DNA of 64,000 nt, taken from the NCBI RefSeq assembly GCF_036321535.1, contig NC_087436.1:97032001-97096000 (forward strand), read 5' to 3'. The notes below the pieces were generated by a model. The model was not told where the DNA came from, made no database searches, and worked only from the letters and a program-made list of their open reading frames with translations. A program made the translations under genes and the position numbers. Position 1 is the stretch's first letter, and each line of letters begins with the position of its first letter. This DNA comes from Camelus dromedarius (lineage: Eukaryota). This document shows positions 1-12,772 of this stretch, in pieces.

Positions 1-1547
1 TGCAATATTCATCTCCTAATTATTGTTACCATTTTATACCACAGCCAATTCAAATTCCATATTTCTGAAATCAGAGTCAACTGTGGTGTTTCCCTCTCTC
101 CACCTGCTCCTTCACTCTAATCATTTTCTTAGTGAATGTGAACACTCAGCTTTGTACACTAACACATGTAATACTATTCCAATTTCTCAAAGCCCATTTC
201 GTATCGCCTGTACTCAAGTTTTATTGGTCCTAACACTAAACATATCTCAGATACTTCCCCACTTTCCAGCCTTACTGACTCAATCTTAACCATGTCCTGC
301 CTCTTTTTCCTGGAGGACTGCAAGAACCAGGGTTCTGAGTCATATCCCTGCTCTCAGTTTTGGCTGACTTTAGTCTTCCACACAACTAATAGAAGTTTTC
401 GAAGTCCAATCTGATCTTACTCCTTCTTTGTTAATAAATCTCTTGTAGGCACCTACATTGTCTAAACTTCTGAACTTGGCGTTCGAAACTGTTCATAGTT
501 CTATCCTGCTCTAACTGACCATCTACCATCATCCTACAACAGCTCAGGTGGTATTACTGTGCAGGATCACACTGAGAAACAACTTAGGACGTCCTGGTAC
601 ACTTAGGAGAGATCATTATACCTTTGTCCTCTCCGGTGGTTGGAGCGCTTTTATTTGAACGTCAAGTTCTTCGGGAGTCGACAACACTATCAAACTCACC
701 GGGCTTTCAGCTACTGCTGCAGTTGTTTTAACGGGGTTTTCTTCTTTTGGTTTTTGGCTTTAGTATTCTTTGTTTTGCTTCCTCTGTCACCTGTTCTCTC
801 TTTGAAAATAATTTTATTGCCTCTGAGAGAGTGTCTGATGTTAAGGTTTATTCCCATCCTACTCACTTCTAATTTAATTCAGTGAAGCTTGTGCACTTTC
901 TGTACAAGTCCGTAAAGATAACCCTTGAACAGAATGTTACACCATCAGTGGTGAGACTGACACAGCAGTCCAGACGCACTCACTGATGTCTTTTGAAGAT
1001 CAATAAATTATTGCAGCAGTAACTACTAATATCACAAAATGAATTGTTTCAAAGGTTAAACTAGACTAAAAGTGTCAAATTCTACCCTAAAATATGCATT
1101 ATTGTTATATAGTTAGATTACACATAACCACAATCAAATATTACATGTTTGCTTTGTGGTTTCGTACCAATGTAACTCTACTTAAAATCTAGTTTAAGAT
1201 CTGTAACTAAGAGTCAACATTTCAGAACAAACTGTAGTTGTCTATTTACCAAACTAGGCAATTACTAGTTGTCTTAGTTAAATACTACTTAGTTAAATTC
1301 ATATTTCTCGTAGATCTTAGCAAAATTTTAATTACATCTACATTCAAGAATGGTTTTTTTTTTTGTTTATATGTGCATGAATTCCGAAGGAAAACTTACT
1401 TCTTAGGCTGATAATAAATGATTATTTGATGAAGGATTATTTAATTGCTAAATTCTACATTCTTGTTTATTAAAAGATTCACATAAAATATAAAATATAA
1501 GGGGAAAAGAACATCACTGTAATGAGGACATAGAAAATATTCCTTAC

Positions 1548-1605
1548 CTAGAGGGTCTGTAGAAATTCTTTTGGTACTCTGTGGACGGTTGATTAATTTT
1601 TCATG
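1548..1605 (-). CDS. DTHD1: DTHD1 coding exon 9 (HEKLINRPQSTKRISTDPL), 58 nt; the death-domain exon follows outside the window
   Basis: Acceptor tttctccctaaag|, donor G|GTAAGG. Phase 0 in, phase 1 out. KLINRPQSTKR matches recalled DTHD1 linker. Confidence 0.93.
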
Positions 1606-2033
1606 CTTTAGGGAGAAAGGGGCACAGAATAAGCAGAAGAAACCATTAATTTGTGAACAAGCCACACATAAAAATCCATCTGAACCTCACCTCAACTTGA
1701 AAAAAAGTCTTGAATTGCATGGATTACAAAATTAGATTGTGTATTTGTGCGTTCATGCTCAGCAATTGGTTTTCTGAGATAAGGCAACATATATTGACCC
1801 ACATCTTTCAGAAAATTTAAATGTAAGAATACACATTTAAATATTATTATAGCAGTCATATTAACTCTAAATAAACATTTTCTAAACTAAAACTTAGAGT
1901 TGTTAATACTAGCTAACATAGAGCAAGCTACCTCTATGTTACATAGTATTGTGTAAAAACCCTCGTTAGCCAGGCACCTTGCCTCAACACTTAGCACCAA
2001 GCCTGGTACCCAATGGGTACTCAAATATTAGTT

Positions 2034-2101
2034 TTTTTTTAATTGAAGTACTGTCAGTTACAATGTGTCAATTTCTGGTGCACAGCACAATGTTCCAGTC
2101 A
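2034..2101 (-). mobile_element. Extremely 5'-truncated young L1 3' end (~70 bp) with target-site duplication
   Basis: T-run followed by aattgaagtactgtcagttacaatgtg..., closely similar to 18050-18110. Flanked by tcaaatattagtt / tcaaacatttgtt. Confidence 0.75.
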
Positions 2102-2389
2102 TCAAACATTTGTTTTTGTAATAAATGAGTCAATATGCAGAAGTGATGCTAAAAACCATTAAATCTTTAAGCAGATATTACTCTGAAACCAAAATTTTGT
2201 CAAGAAGAAATCAAATATATAATCATAACTTTTCTATGCTGTCTGCAGAGCAGTTTGTTCTCACTTAATACAGGAGCCTGAAAACAGCACAGCAGGTAAG
2301 GTAAAAACATCTGGATTTGGAAACCTGTTAAGTACTTTGCACAGTTTACTTATCCCCTCAATCCCAGCTCTGAAAAGTGATTTATTAAA

Positions 2390-2975
2390 ATGCACACACC
2401 CATCACAAAACCCTGTACATAAATGTTCACAGCAACTTTATCTGTAAGAGCCAAAAACTGAAAACAACTACAATTTTCTGCAATAGGTGAATGGCTAAAA
2501 AAACTATGGTAAATCCACAGGATGGGATGTTAGTAATAAAATGGATAAATCATTGATATATGCAACGACTTGCATGGACCTTAGGGCATTGTGCTGAGTG
2601 AAAAATTACAGTCTCACAAGGTCACATATTCCATGATTCCATTTATATCACATTGTTGAAATTACAGAATTATAAAGATATAAAACAGATTAGTGATTTC
2701 TAGGGGTTAGGATGGTGGTGAAAGACCATAAAAAGATAGCACAAGGGAGGTGTTTGTGGTGCCAGAACACTTGTGTATCCTGAATGCAGTGGTTACACGT
2801 GGGATAAAATGGTAAAGTACTATAAATACACAATATCCACTTCCTGCTTTCGATATTTCGCTGCAGTTATGTAAGATGTAACCACTGAGGAAAGCTGGGG
2901 GAAGAATATATAGCACCTGTCTGTACTATATTCAGCAACTTCCTGTGAACCTATAATTATTTCAAAATAAAACAA
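2390..2975 (+). mobile_element. Old L1 3' end (L1MB/MC-like)
   Basis: Typical 3' motifs (aaatgttcacagcaactttat..., gtgctgagtgaaaa, tatgtaagatgtaaccactgaggaaagctgg, aaaataaaa). Confidence 0.75.
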
Positions 2976-3167
2976 TTTCTTTTAAAAAGCCTACTCATAG
3001 CAATGGTACATGAATGATGTAAGTGCTCTATGTTAATAAATGCACAGCACACTGGTTCATAAAAAGCACTTGATACAGGTTTATTAAATCTGACTATAAT
3101 ATTCTATAGGTATTCAAGTCATAGACATTACATAAACATGTATATAAAACTTCCATTAAGGCATATG

Positions 3168-3805
3168 AGCAAGGTGCCGGCGTGGAAAGATCCTGAACTC
3201 ACTTCCTCCTATGGTCACAACAAATCTACAGCCATATATGAAATAATTCCCTCAGAAAAGGACCTAAAACTGGATGAACAAAGCCTCCACAACAAAGGGT
3301 AAAAGGAACAGCATGGAGACAGGGAGGAGAGACAGAGATAAAGGTCTCACCAAGGAAAAATCCAAAACCCAGCCACAGCGATCTACAATCAGGAGGGATG
3401 ACAAAGTACAGATTTTTTTCCCTGAGAAGTGAGGGAATGAAACTCCTCCACACCAGGCACCCAAACCCTAGATCCTAAATAGAAGAGACGAGCCCGTCAA
3501 AATACCTGACTTTGAAAACCAACAGAGTGTATACATCCAGGAAAATAACAGAGCAGCAGGGAGCAAGCCTGCTCTTAAAGGGCTTGCACAAAGACTCACT
3601 CAACTCAAAAACCAGAGCAAAAACACCAGATTAAAAAGCACATGGACCATAGGAAAAGGGAACCCACTTACTAATCTTAAAGCATCTTCCAGAGAGGCTG
3701 CAACCAGGTGGGATATTCCCCAGGAACTGAGTCAGTGATGGGAGTCATTGTCATGATCTCGGGCCACTTTGCTAATATTGGCACTGGCAGATGCTGCTTT
3801 GGAAC
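3168..3805 (+). mobile_element. L1 5'UTR fragment (laurasiatherian type)
   Basis: Start caagg..ggcgtggaaagatcctgaactcacttcctcc resembles recalled L1 5' termini. No ORF1 follows. Confidence 0.6.
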
Positions 3806-4699
3806 TGGGTAGTCACTAATTTCAAGGGCACCTACAATAATACTATTGCTATTTGGCGGATAAGGAAATAATAAGTGGTAGAGTTCTCTTTTTTAATTTC
3901 TACCTGTCTGCTAGTTCTTGCTTGGAGTCTCTCCTCAAGAACCAGTTTTTGTGTAAAGTAACATGCTAAGTACTTTCTGACACTTGAAGCACCATCTAAC
4001 ACAAATGCCACACAGCATTCCAGTAAACGACAGTGTAACACATTTAACAACAACAAAAGTGCCATGCTGGCATTATCATTTGTATCATTTACCCTAAGGC
4101 ACTTATGCACGAAGAGATTTTCACAGGTTATTATTATAATATCTTGTGGCAACAAGTCCTCCATCCAGCCTTAACCCCCACACTCCGCCCACCTCCAAAC
4201 ACTTACTGTAGAGATTTTTCTGATAAATTGGCCATTTATTTGTAGTCAGAAGATATAAAAGTGAAAGTGGTATGAATAATAACTCAAAGAAGTGTATATA
4301 ATTAGGATATTTCTGTGTATCTGTAGCACAGATTTTACCAGAGGCCTTTAAGATACCATAGCCAAGTAGTGGTTTTCACTGCTTACTCTATGCTGTATTT
4401 ATTGCATATAGAGTCCTCTTAACTAAGTAAGAGTTGCCATTTGAGCTCACTGATTGCATCATAATGGTCAACTGTAGCATCTCAGATTTTATGATGTACA
4501 ACTCCTATAAAATTCTTAGTAATTTTACATTGTAAATAAGTTAGATTAGTTAGACTGAATATTGATTAAAGACGTAATGTGATACAAAAGATTAATGTTA
4601 GCATAAAAACTTTGTGCTTCAGTTATGGGTCCAACATAATACAAATCAAATAAAAGCTTGTATCAGTGTTGCGTGAGGACATGCTGGCATGACGAACTG

Positions 4700-6030
4700 A
4701 GCTGGACTTTCAGTTTCCAGGCAGGCATGTGAGAGGCTAGAAGTTTCCATTCTGTCACAACAAGTAAAAAGCTGAACAAACTGAAAAATCAACAGCTCTC
4801 TTTAGATCTGCCAAAGAAGTAAGGTCACAGGGCAAACCCCTTGCCAAATTGGAAGAAACTGACAGGCAAATACGGAGAAGCACAACTTACCAGAGCAGAA
4901 ACCCATAAGCACAAACCACCACAGGAACCAGTGCCAGGGTAAGGAAGCTCAACTGTAATCGACAAATTGCTAGAGGCTCAGTGCGGACAAGCCCAAGAGT
5001 TAAAAACTCCAGGGGGACCCAGTCATGAGGGCAGTTTCCACACTTTTGTGAATTTTACCTCCAGGAGCTCAATGAGGTTCTCAGAGTGAAGACCTGAGAA
5101 AAATCCCATTGTGTTTCCTGCAGGGAGAGGGGAAAGAACCTTTTGAAATGTACCAGAGCACACTGTTCTTAACAAGGCCGGTTAACTAAAGCCTAGTCTG
5201 CAGGGGTTTTTCAGAGCCTGACTGACCTTGGGGAAGGGAAATACCCAGCTTCAGGCCCCTCTAACTGTCCTGTCCCACCAAGTGTGGGGGTGGGGAGAAG
5301 GCAGAAAATCACATGTGAAGTTCACAGTCGAGAGGCACAGGCTCACTGAAGACCGAGACCTGGTCATAGGCCTACAGACACTTCCCCTCCTCCACACTTA
5401 CCGCCCTGGCACTAAAGGTCGGTTTACAGTGGTTCCTTTTAGCCAGTACATCACGTTCAGCTCTCAAGAAAAACGATTACAAGACATACTAAATGACAAA
5501 AAACACAATTTTAAGAGACAGAGCAAGCATCAGAACCAGACTCAGATATGGCAGAGATGTTAGAATTACCAGACCAGGAATTTTTAAGAACTATGATTAA
5601 CATACTAAGGGCTCTAGTGAAAAAGTAGACAGCACACAAGAACAGATGGGCAATGTGAGCAGAGGGATGGAAATCCTAAGAAGGAATCCAAAGGAAATAT
5701 TACAGATCAAAAACACTGTAACAGAAATGAAGAATATTTTTAATAAGCTTATTAGTAGATGGAGGTGACTGAGGGAAGAATTTAAGCTTGAGGATATCTC
5801 AATAGAAACCCCAAAATTGAAAAGAAAAAAGGAAAAAGAGAAAAGCAGAACATCCAAGAACCGTGGAACAACTATAAAAACATACGTGTAATAGGAATTT
5901 CAGAATAAGAAAAAGAGAAAGAAAGAGAAGTATATGAAACAATAGTGAGTGAAAGTTTCCACAAATTAACATCAGGCACCAAACCAAAGATCCAAGAAGC
6001 TCGGAGAATACCAGGCAGGATAGATGCCAA
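4700..6030 (+). mobile_element. Old L1 5'UTR plus decayed ORF1 fragment
   Basis: A-rich ORF1-like tract (gaacagatgggcaatgtgagcagagggatggaaatcctaag..., gatccaagaagctcggagaataccaggcaggata). Confidence 0.75.
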
Positions 6031-9000
6031 CAACTGGGCTGTATGCGTAACTGTGTTATTTCATTCCAAACTCTTAACAGTAGTTTGAAGAACTGTCATC
6101 CCGGTTTGACACATGTAGTTTCTCCAAGGTAATATGGACCTAATCTTGAAATCTAGGTCTGTCTAAAGCCCTCACTTAAACAGTAAATAACACTGCCTCC
6201 AGAGAATGATATCACCTACTATTTTTAATTACTTACCATGCACCAGTGATTACTCTAACAATTGAAAATATATTCTATAACCTTGGCAGAGTCTAGTGTA
6301 TCTAGAACCTTGTGAGCTAGTCATTATGCTTACTTTACAAATGAGAAAACTGAGGTTTCGAGAGGTAAAATAATCTGACCAAAAACGTATACACTAAGTG
6401 GCAGATGTAATGTGTAAACTGCCGTCTGTAAGTCTGCAGATCCTTTATTCATAGTCTGTAAGTTAAAACTTGTACATAAAGTGAGGGTTGTAAGGACTTT
6501 CCCTCAGTCATTCCAGGACCTCCTGCATTCTGCTCACCATTCATATATGTCAACATCGCTGCTCTGGACTCGGAAGCAGTATTAGATGGAGGGAAAGAGC
6601 TCAACTCCTAATCACACTACTTATTAACGTTGTGATCTTGCAGGTTTGTGCCTTGCTCGCCTCACTTATGAAGTGGGCATGATAATAGTATCCGCTTCAC
6701 ACTGCCCTTAAAGGGAACATCCAGTCACATCATGTAACCCAGAGCAGGGCATCATATATAAATAAGTGATTGAAACCATAGCTGTTATTTCTTAATGTTT
6801 TTCTTTAAAGTTACTTTTTTTTACCTACACAAATTCATTTTTCAAAGAAACTCATATTTCAGTCCTAAGTGGTAATGCCATTTAACTTGTATAAACACAT
6901 GGAAACCTTAACAACCAATACAGTTAGAACAAAACAATATCATTAAATTCTGTTGCCAGCCAAGATCTCTGAGCCTGAGAGTTGTTCTCTTCTTATTAAC
7001 AGGGAAACCTTGAAAGTGTTAGAGAGAGAGAGAAACGTGCAGGCACCAACCTGCGATCTACTCAGTGGATCAAGGAAGGAATTAAAAAGAGAATAACTGC
7101 CTCACTATATGAATCCATTTTGAATCCATTTTATTCAAAGCTGGCATGTTACTGTCCTTAAAATAAAAAGCACTTATAATTCCAAAAATTTTGAAAAATA
7201 TAAATAAGTATCACCTTTTATTTGCTGAGAATTGTATCTTTTACCATCTTTTACTGTAAACATGCATGCAAAGTATTTTTGTTCTTTTAAAATTGTGGAG
7301 AACATTTTGAGGGCATCCGAGTGGTAAGTCATCAACAAAAAGCAAGGAACGTGAACTCATAACGTAGGACAGAGAAAGCTAGAGCCTTTATCATCTTTAA
7401 GGGATGGCCATTATCTCTGCTCTGAAATGAGGAGCTATGAGATGTCCCTTACATGGATGCAAAAGAGGAACATATTGGACTGTTCAGAAGTAACTCTGCA
7501 CTTACAACCAAGATGATGCAGAAAGTCTGCTTCTGCCTCAGGAGCTGAAAAATTCCAAATAAAAAAGGAAACCGCCATCCAAAGCTACAGTTGCTCTTTT
7601 CCAAAGCTTAGCTTCAACAAAAGGTACAACCACTCTGGCTTTCTGGGAGATCTAGATTTGCGCTAAACATTTTGAAGGGGGCAAAAAACACGAGAGGCAA
7701 TGTAACATAGTGATAAAAGTGGACAATGTAAGGACACAAAAGCTCTGACCTGTGCAAGGAATGGGGGAAGTGAAAGAGCGTAAAGAGAAATGACTTTAAT
7801 TTCCAGATCCTCGCGTAGCCTCTGCCCCTGCGAAGTCATGTAAGCCTAGGCAAGCCAACTAAACGCTCTGGCTAAATCCTCAAACTGGTGAAACAGAGAT
7901 GATGGCTCCTACCTCTGACGTATGCTACAAGGCTAGAGTGAAATGTCTGTAAAGGACGTTACCTACACTGAGAATTCAGCAAATGATGGAGGAGGCCCAC
8001 AAACCAAATGAAGTGTGTGAATACTTTTTAAACCTTGTTTTTGAAAATTAACTGTAAAAAGAGAAAAGTGAGTCAGTAGATGAATATAGATCATGGATGG
8101 GATAGGAGATGCTGTTAAGTGATAGCTGCTAATTTTATTAGGTTTTGCAGTGGTTTGTGGTTGTTTGTTTGTTTGTTTTAAAAGTCCTTGCCTCTCAGAG
8201 AAACATATAGGATTATTTACAAGTAAAATGATAGAATAGCTATGATTTGCTTTAAAATACTCAAACAAACAAAACCTGTTAGACGGAAGAGGAATGGCAG
8301 AAATGTTGGGTGGTGGATCCATATAGATTCATTGTATAGTTTCTCTATTTCTGTGTGCCTTTGCAATTAGCCACACACACACACACACACAGCTTTTAAA
8401 ATAAATATGTATAGATTAAAATACACCAGCATCAGTCAGTAAACATCCTGTGGTTGTATTAATCACGGATATTATTATACACTGCACATTCAGTGTTAAA
8501 CTTCCTGAAGGCTTGGTCCTCACAATAAAAGGAAAGGCTTTTACATAGAAAGATCTGAAGACCAGCATAAACCCACAGAGATGTAAGTTTAGTGTGGAAA
8601 AAAGAACTGAGTTTAGAGCAAGTAGAGCTGACCCAGAGGAGTCTCAAGTGCAATATATTTAGGAATTAAGATTTTTGGAAAAGAAATCAGGCTGTTATCA
8701 ATCCCAGAAGACATGCCCATTCATATCATTGTTTAGCTCAGGTCTTTCTCAGTTTTAAACCCTGCACCTTTTACTGCAGCCAAACTTACGTTTTGTTTAT
8801 TCATTATTTTTTCAATTGCTTCTTAGAAAATGACTTTTTTTTAAGGCTTCAGTTTGATTATGGCTTTGTCAAGAGGAAGGAATTAAAATATCTTTCAGCC
8901 TTTGAAGGAGTCAGTCACAAAAGAAGACAGCTTAGGACCCTGGAAACCAGATAGACCAATTCAAGAAACCCCAATTGATCCAAGCAGCTGGAACAGACAG

Positions 9001-9589
9001 CAGGAAGGGGCTTTTGGGGATGGCTGCAGGGATAAAGTGAGGAAAGTTCTGGATAAGTCAGGAAATATATATGGAATACACATGGAGTCAGTCAAGAAAA
9101 GTTGTCAAAAGCAACCTGGAATAGATAAACCTCATTTCCAAATTAATATCTCAGTTTCACGTTTCATCTACCAAAGGGCAAAGCAGTATACATACCACGT
9201 GGGATTGCAGGAAGGATTAAATGACATCATGTATATGGAATGCTTCAGACATGTCTGACACTTAACCAAGCACTCCATCAATGGTAGCTATTGTGAATAT
9301 GCTTAAAACTTTGCTCACTATTCCAAGCAATTCTGGCAAAAGCAGATTCTTTGATCCATAAATGCAGCCATGTAGGAGACCTTATTGATTTTAAAAAGCA
9401 ACTCAACAAATTAAAGACATACAACACTATTAGAACTTGCATAAACTTCCACCTCATTCCTTTATTGTTCCATTCTAAAATTATAATCCTAACAAGTTTC
9501 TGTCAGTTATGAAGACCTGTCAAGCTTCCTATTCAACTCTAAGCAAAATTTTTTCTAGAATATCCTAACAGACTTTTTAAAACTTCCTG

Positions 9590-9591
<2 letters not shown>

Positions 9592-9622
<31 letters not shown>
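9592..9622. repeat. Poly-T tract (31 nt)
   Basis: Direct reading. Confidence 0.95.
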
Positions 9623-9623
<1 letters not shown>

Positions 9624-11499
9624 GCTTATAGATAGGAATATCCTTTCTGACAGAAAGAGTGATATGAATGTACTGGGAAAGGCCTGGATAGCCACAAACA
9701 TCTTCCTCCCATGTCTGGCCACAGTGTGTGAAATCCCCACATTAGTCATTCGCTTGTCGGCATGAAAGGCTTCTGCTAAATGTAACTATTACCTGGGAAA
9801 GGAAACAGGTAAAGCTTTTATCAGCTATTAAGTCTCCACCTTTAATTGCTTTATCAATTTTCCCAGCATGCATTCATTTATTCTTTAATAGTTCAACAAA
9901 ATACTATTGAATGTGTCCTAGAGATGGGATTACAAAATTGGATGAGCTGTGCTCCCAGCCCTGACGAACTCAGTCACAAAAGGAAACACTGGTACAGAGA
10001 TTGGGAGTGCCACCATTGGAACCAGATGAACTTGGGTTCAAACAGTAACACTGCCATTCTCCAGCTATTTCCTGTTGAGCAAACCTTTCTGTGCCTCAGT
10101 TGATTCAACCATCTACCTTTTCAGCAAATGAGTCAATATGTGTAAATGCTTTATCAAGTTACTAGCAAGAAATAACAATATTAGTTATCATTACCTTTAT
10201 TATTACACAAATTAAAATTATAACAGACCATACGTTAGTATGTATTCAGGGCTTTAGTTAATACATACCACTGTAGTACCTAATTCTGCCTTGGAAATTT
10301 AGTCTTCTTCTAAAGAGATGATCATACAGCTAAGTCAGTGCTGTCACAAGGGCAGCTGTGGGAAGAACCTCTGAGGAAATTAAGACCATAATGTGTAGAA
10401 GAAATGAGATCTTAAGTGGAACTGCAGCAAAAGACATTAGTTGGGTAAATGCAGTAGGAATGAGTTAGAGGGGGTTGTGAAGGGCCTTAAATGCCAGAGT
10501 AAGTGGCTTGGACTTTTGATCAATAGACATAAAGTCTGAGCCAACTGAGAAGTTTTAGGAGAAGAGTGAAAAGTCGTATCTGTTTTTGAAAAAAAAATAC
10601 CCCATCTGTTGTGTGATCTAGATAGAAAATGGGGCCGGTGATAGGCCTTCAAGGAGAATTTATAATCAGCCACTGGATAGGGCAATATTAGGGGGAACAG
10701 AGATGAAATGCAAGTCTGAACACACTTCTAAACTAGTTAGTGAAACACTCTGTTGTATCATAGGACCATAGCTCAAACCTGTGTCCTGGGAGCCACCCTA
10801 GGAAGCGCCCAGTCCACAACTTCCACTGTCTCCCGGTCCCTACTCGTATTCACTCTTTCACCGAGTCCAGTTGATCTCAAATCCTAACTCCCTCTCCGAC
10901 CTCTGCTCTCTCTATCATTACTGCCGTGGTCTGAACATCAGGCCATCATCATCTCTTCCGTGGACAACTTCATTAGCCCTTTATTTTACTGTTGCTAAGC
11001 TCACCTTTTTCTGATTTATCCTTATAGGCTATCACAATGATATGCTAACAAAATTTGATCATGTTGCCCTCCTGGTTAAAATTTTCCAAGGGCTTGCCAC
11101 TACTTATAGGATAAAAGATGTTCAATGAAAACTAGCTAGATACCCGCTGCTCCATCCTCAGTTATGGCCAGACTCATTCCAAGAGCACAGCAGCTGAGAG
11201 ATTGTGTTGTTTCCTCATACCCTAAGAATCTCGGATGTGAATCTCGGCTTTGCACATGATCTCTATATTATGAAATGAGTCACATCCTTCTGACAAATTT
11301 TGACAAAAGGACCCCCCATAACAATTTCACAGAAACATTTGGATGACCTAAAGAAGGCATTCAGAATCCTCCATAACTTTTCCCCAATGTATCTCCAGTA
11401 TGATTTTTCCAAATATTTCACTCAAGCCACACAGATCTATTCATTGTCCTTTCTTGAAGCGTGCTTTGTGCTTTGCAACTTTTTTTTCCCCTTTACTTC

Positions 11500-12018
11500 A
11501 TTATTTTTTAATTGAAGTATAGTTTAGTTCCAATATTGTGTTAGTTTTACGTGTACAGCATAGTGATTCAGTATTTTTACTGATTACACTCCATTAAAAG
11601 TTACTACAAGATAACTATGATTCCCTGTGCTATACAACTTATCCTTGTTGCAAATTTATTACAGTATGGTTGATTTACAATGTTGTGTAAGTTTCAGATG
11701 TAAAGCAAAATATTTCAGGTACATATATATGTGTGTATATATATATATATATACACATACATATTTATATATATACACATACATATTTATATATATACAT
11801 ATATATATATATATTCTTTGTCAGATTCTTTTCCATTATAGGTTATTACAGTAGATCCTTGTTGTTTATCTATTTTATATATAGTAGTTTGTATCTGTTA
11901 ATACCAAATTCCCAATTTATCCCTCCCCCATCCTTTTTCTCCTTTGGTAAGTTTGTTTTCCATGTCTGTGAATCTGTTTCTGTTTTGTGAATAAGTTCCT
12001 TTGTGTCATTTTTTTTTA
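11500..12018 (-). mobile_element. Two stacked/nested L1 3' end fragments with (TA/CA)n microsatellite
   Basis: ttttttaattgaagtatagttt... at 11503. A second 3' start near 11655 (tatggttgatttacaatgttgtg). Microsatellite at ~11722-11814. Confidence 0.8.
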
Positions 12019-12624
12019 AACTTCTAAGTTTCAGCTCAGGTCATCCCCCTTGTATGGAACCCACTCCTCTTTCTCTCTTCCTCTCCAGAACGAATCATCC
12101 TCTACAACTCTCTTGCTCTGTAAAGTGTCCCCAAGTCACCTCAGCCCACTGGAATTCCTGCCTTCTCTGAAATGTCCCAGCACTTACCATCTTAGTCATT
12201 TATTTGCAATTTATCATCACTTCCTGTCTTATGATATTACTGTATTGTTGTATTCAATTATTATTTATCTTTTGCATTGTTTTACAACTTTTAAAGTGTT
12301 TATGTTTTATTTCCTGAACTGGACTGTGATTTCCTGGAAAGCTAGGACTTTGACAGGTATTACTTTCTTTTAAGGCCCTACATAATGTCTCATATATAGT
12401 AGGCACTTAATTAGTATTTGTTAATTGATATGTTTGCTGCTGTATCTACAAAAAAAAAACAGTTGCAGTTCATGAACTAGAAAATTGTCAGAATTAATGA
12501 ACATCATTTTTCACTTATTAAATGTTATAATTTTAACAGAATAAATGCAAACACATCAATATAGTGCACAATTCCTGGTTTAGTTATACTGCTGATTGAG
12601 CAGAGAAAACCTTCCCTTTTATGG

Positions 12625-12772
12625 ACAGCGGGTGAAGGAGGAAGGAGGAGGAGGAACAGAGAAGGAGAAAGGGGAAGGGAGGGGAAGAGATGTGGGGAGA
12701 AGAGGAGAAGAAGGGAGAGGGAAAGAAAAGGAAGGGGGAAGAATAAGAGGAAGGAGGAGGAAAAGAGAGGGC
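12625..12772. repeat. Purine-rich (GA) low-complexity tract
   Basis: Almost exclusively G/A on the + strand. Confidence 0.85.

Noticed and set aside
1..1547. Death-domain (last) exon of DTHD1
   Set aside because: No peptide resembling the recalled ALWDNLLHWLAEELSEE was found on the minus strand; it presumably lies beyond the left edge.
7110..7133. Short tandem duplications (tgaatccatttt x2; similar cases at ~21208-21240 and ~26516-26535)
   Set aside because: Ordinary replication-slippage duplications with no further structure.
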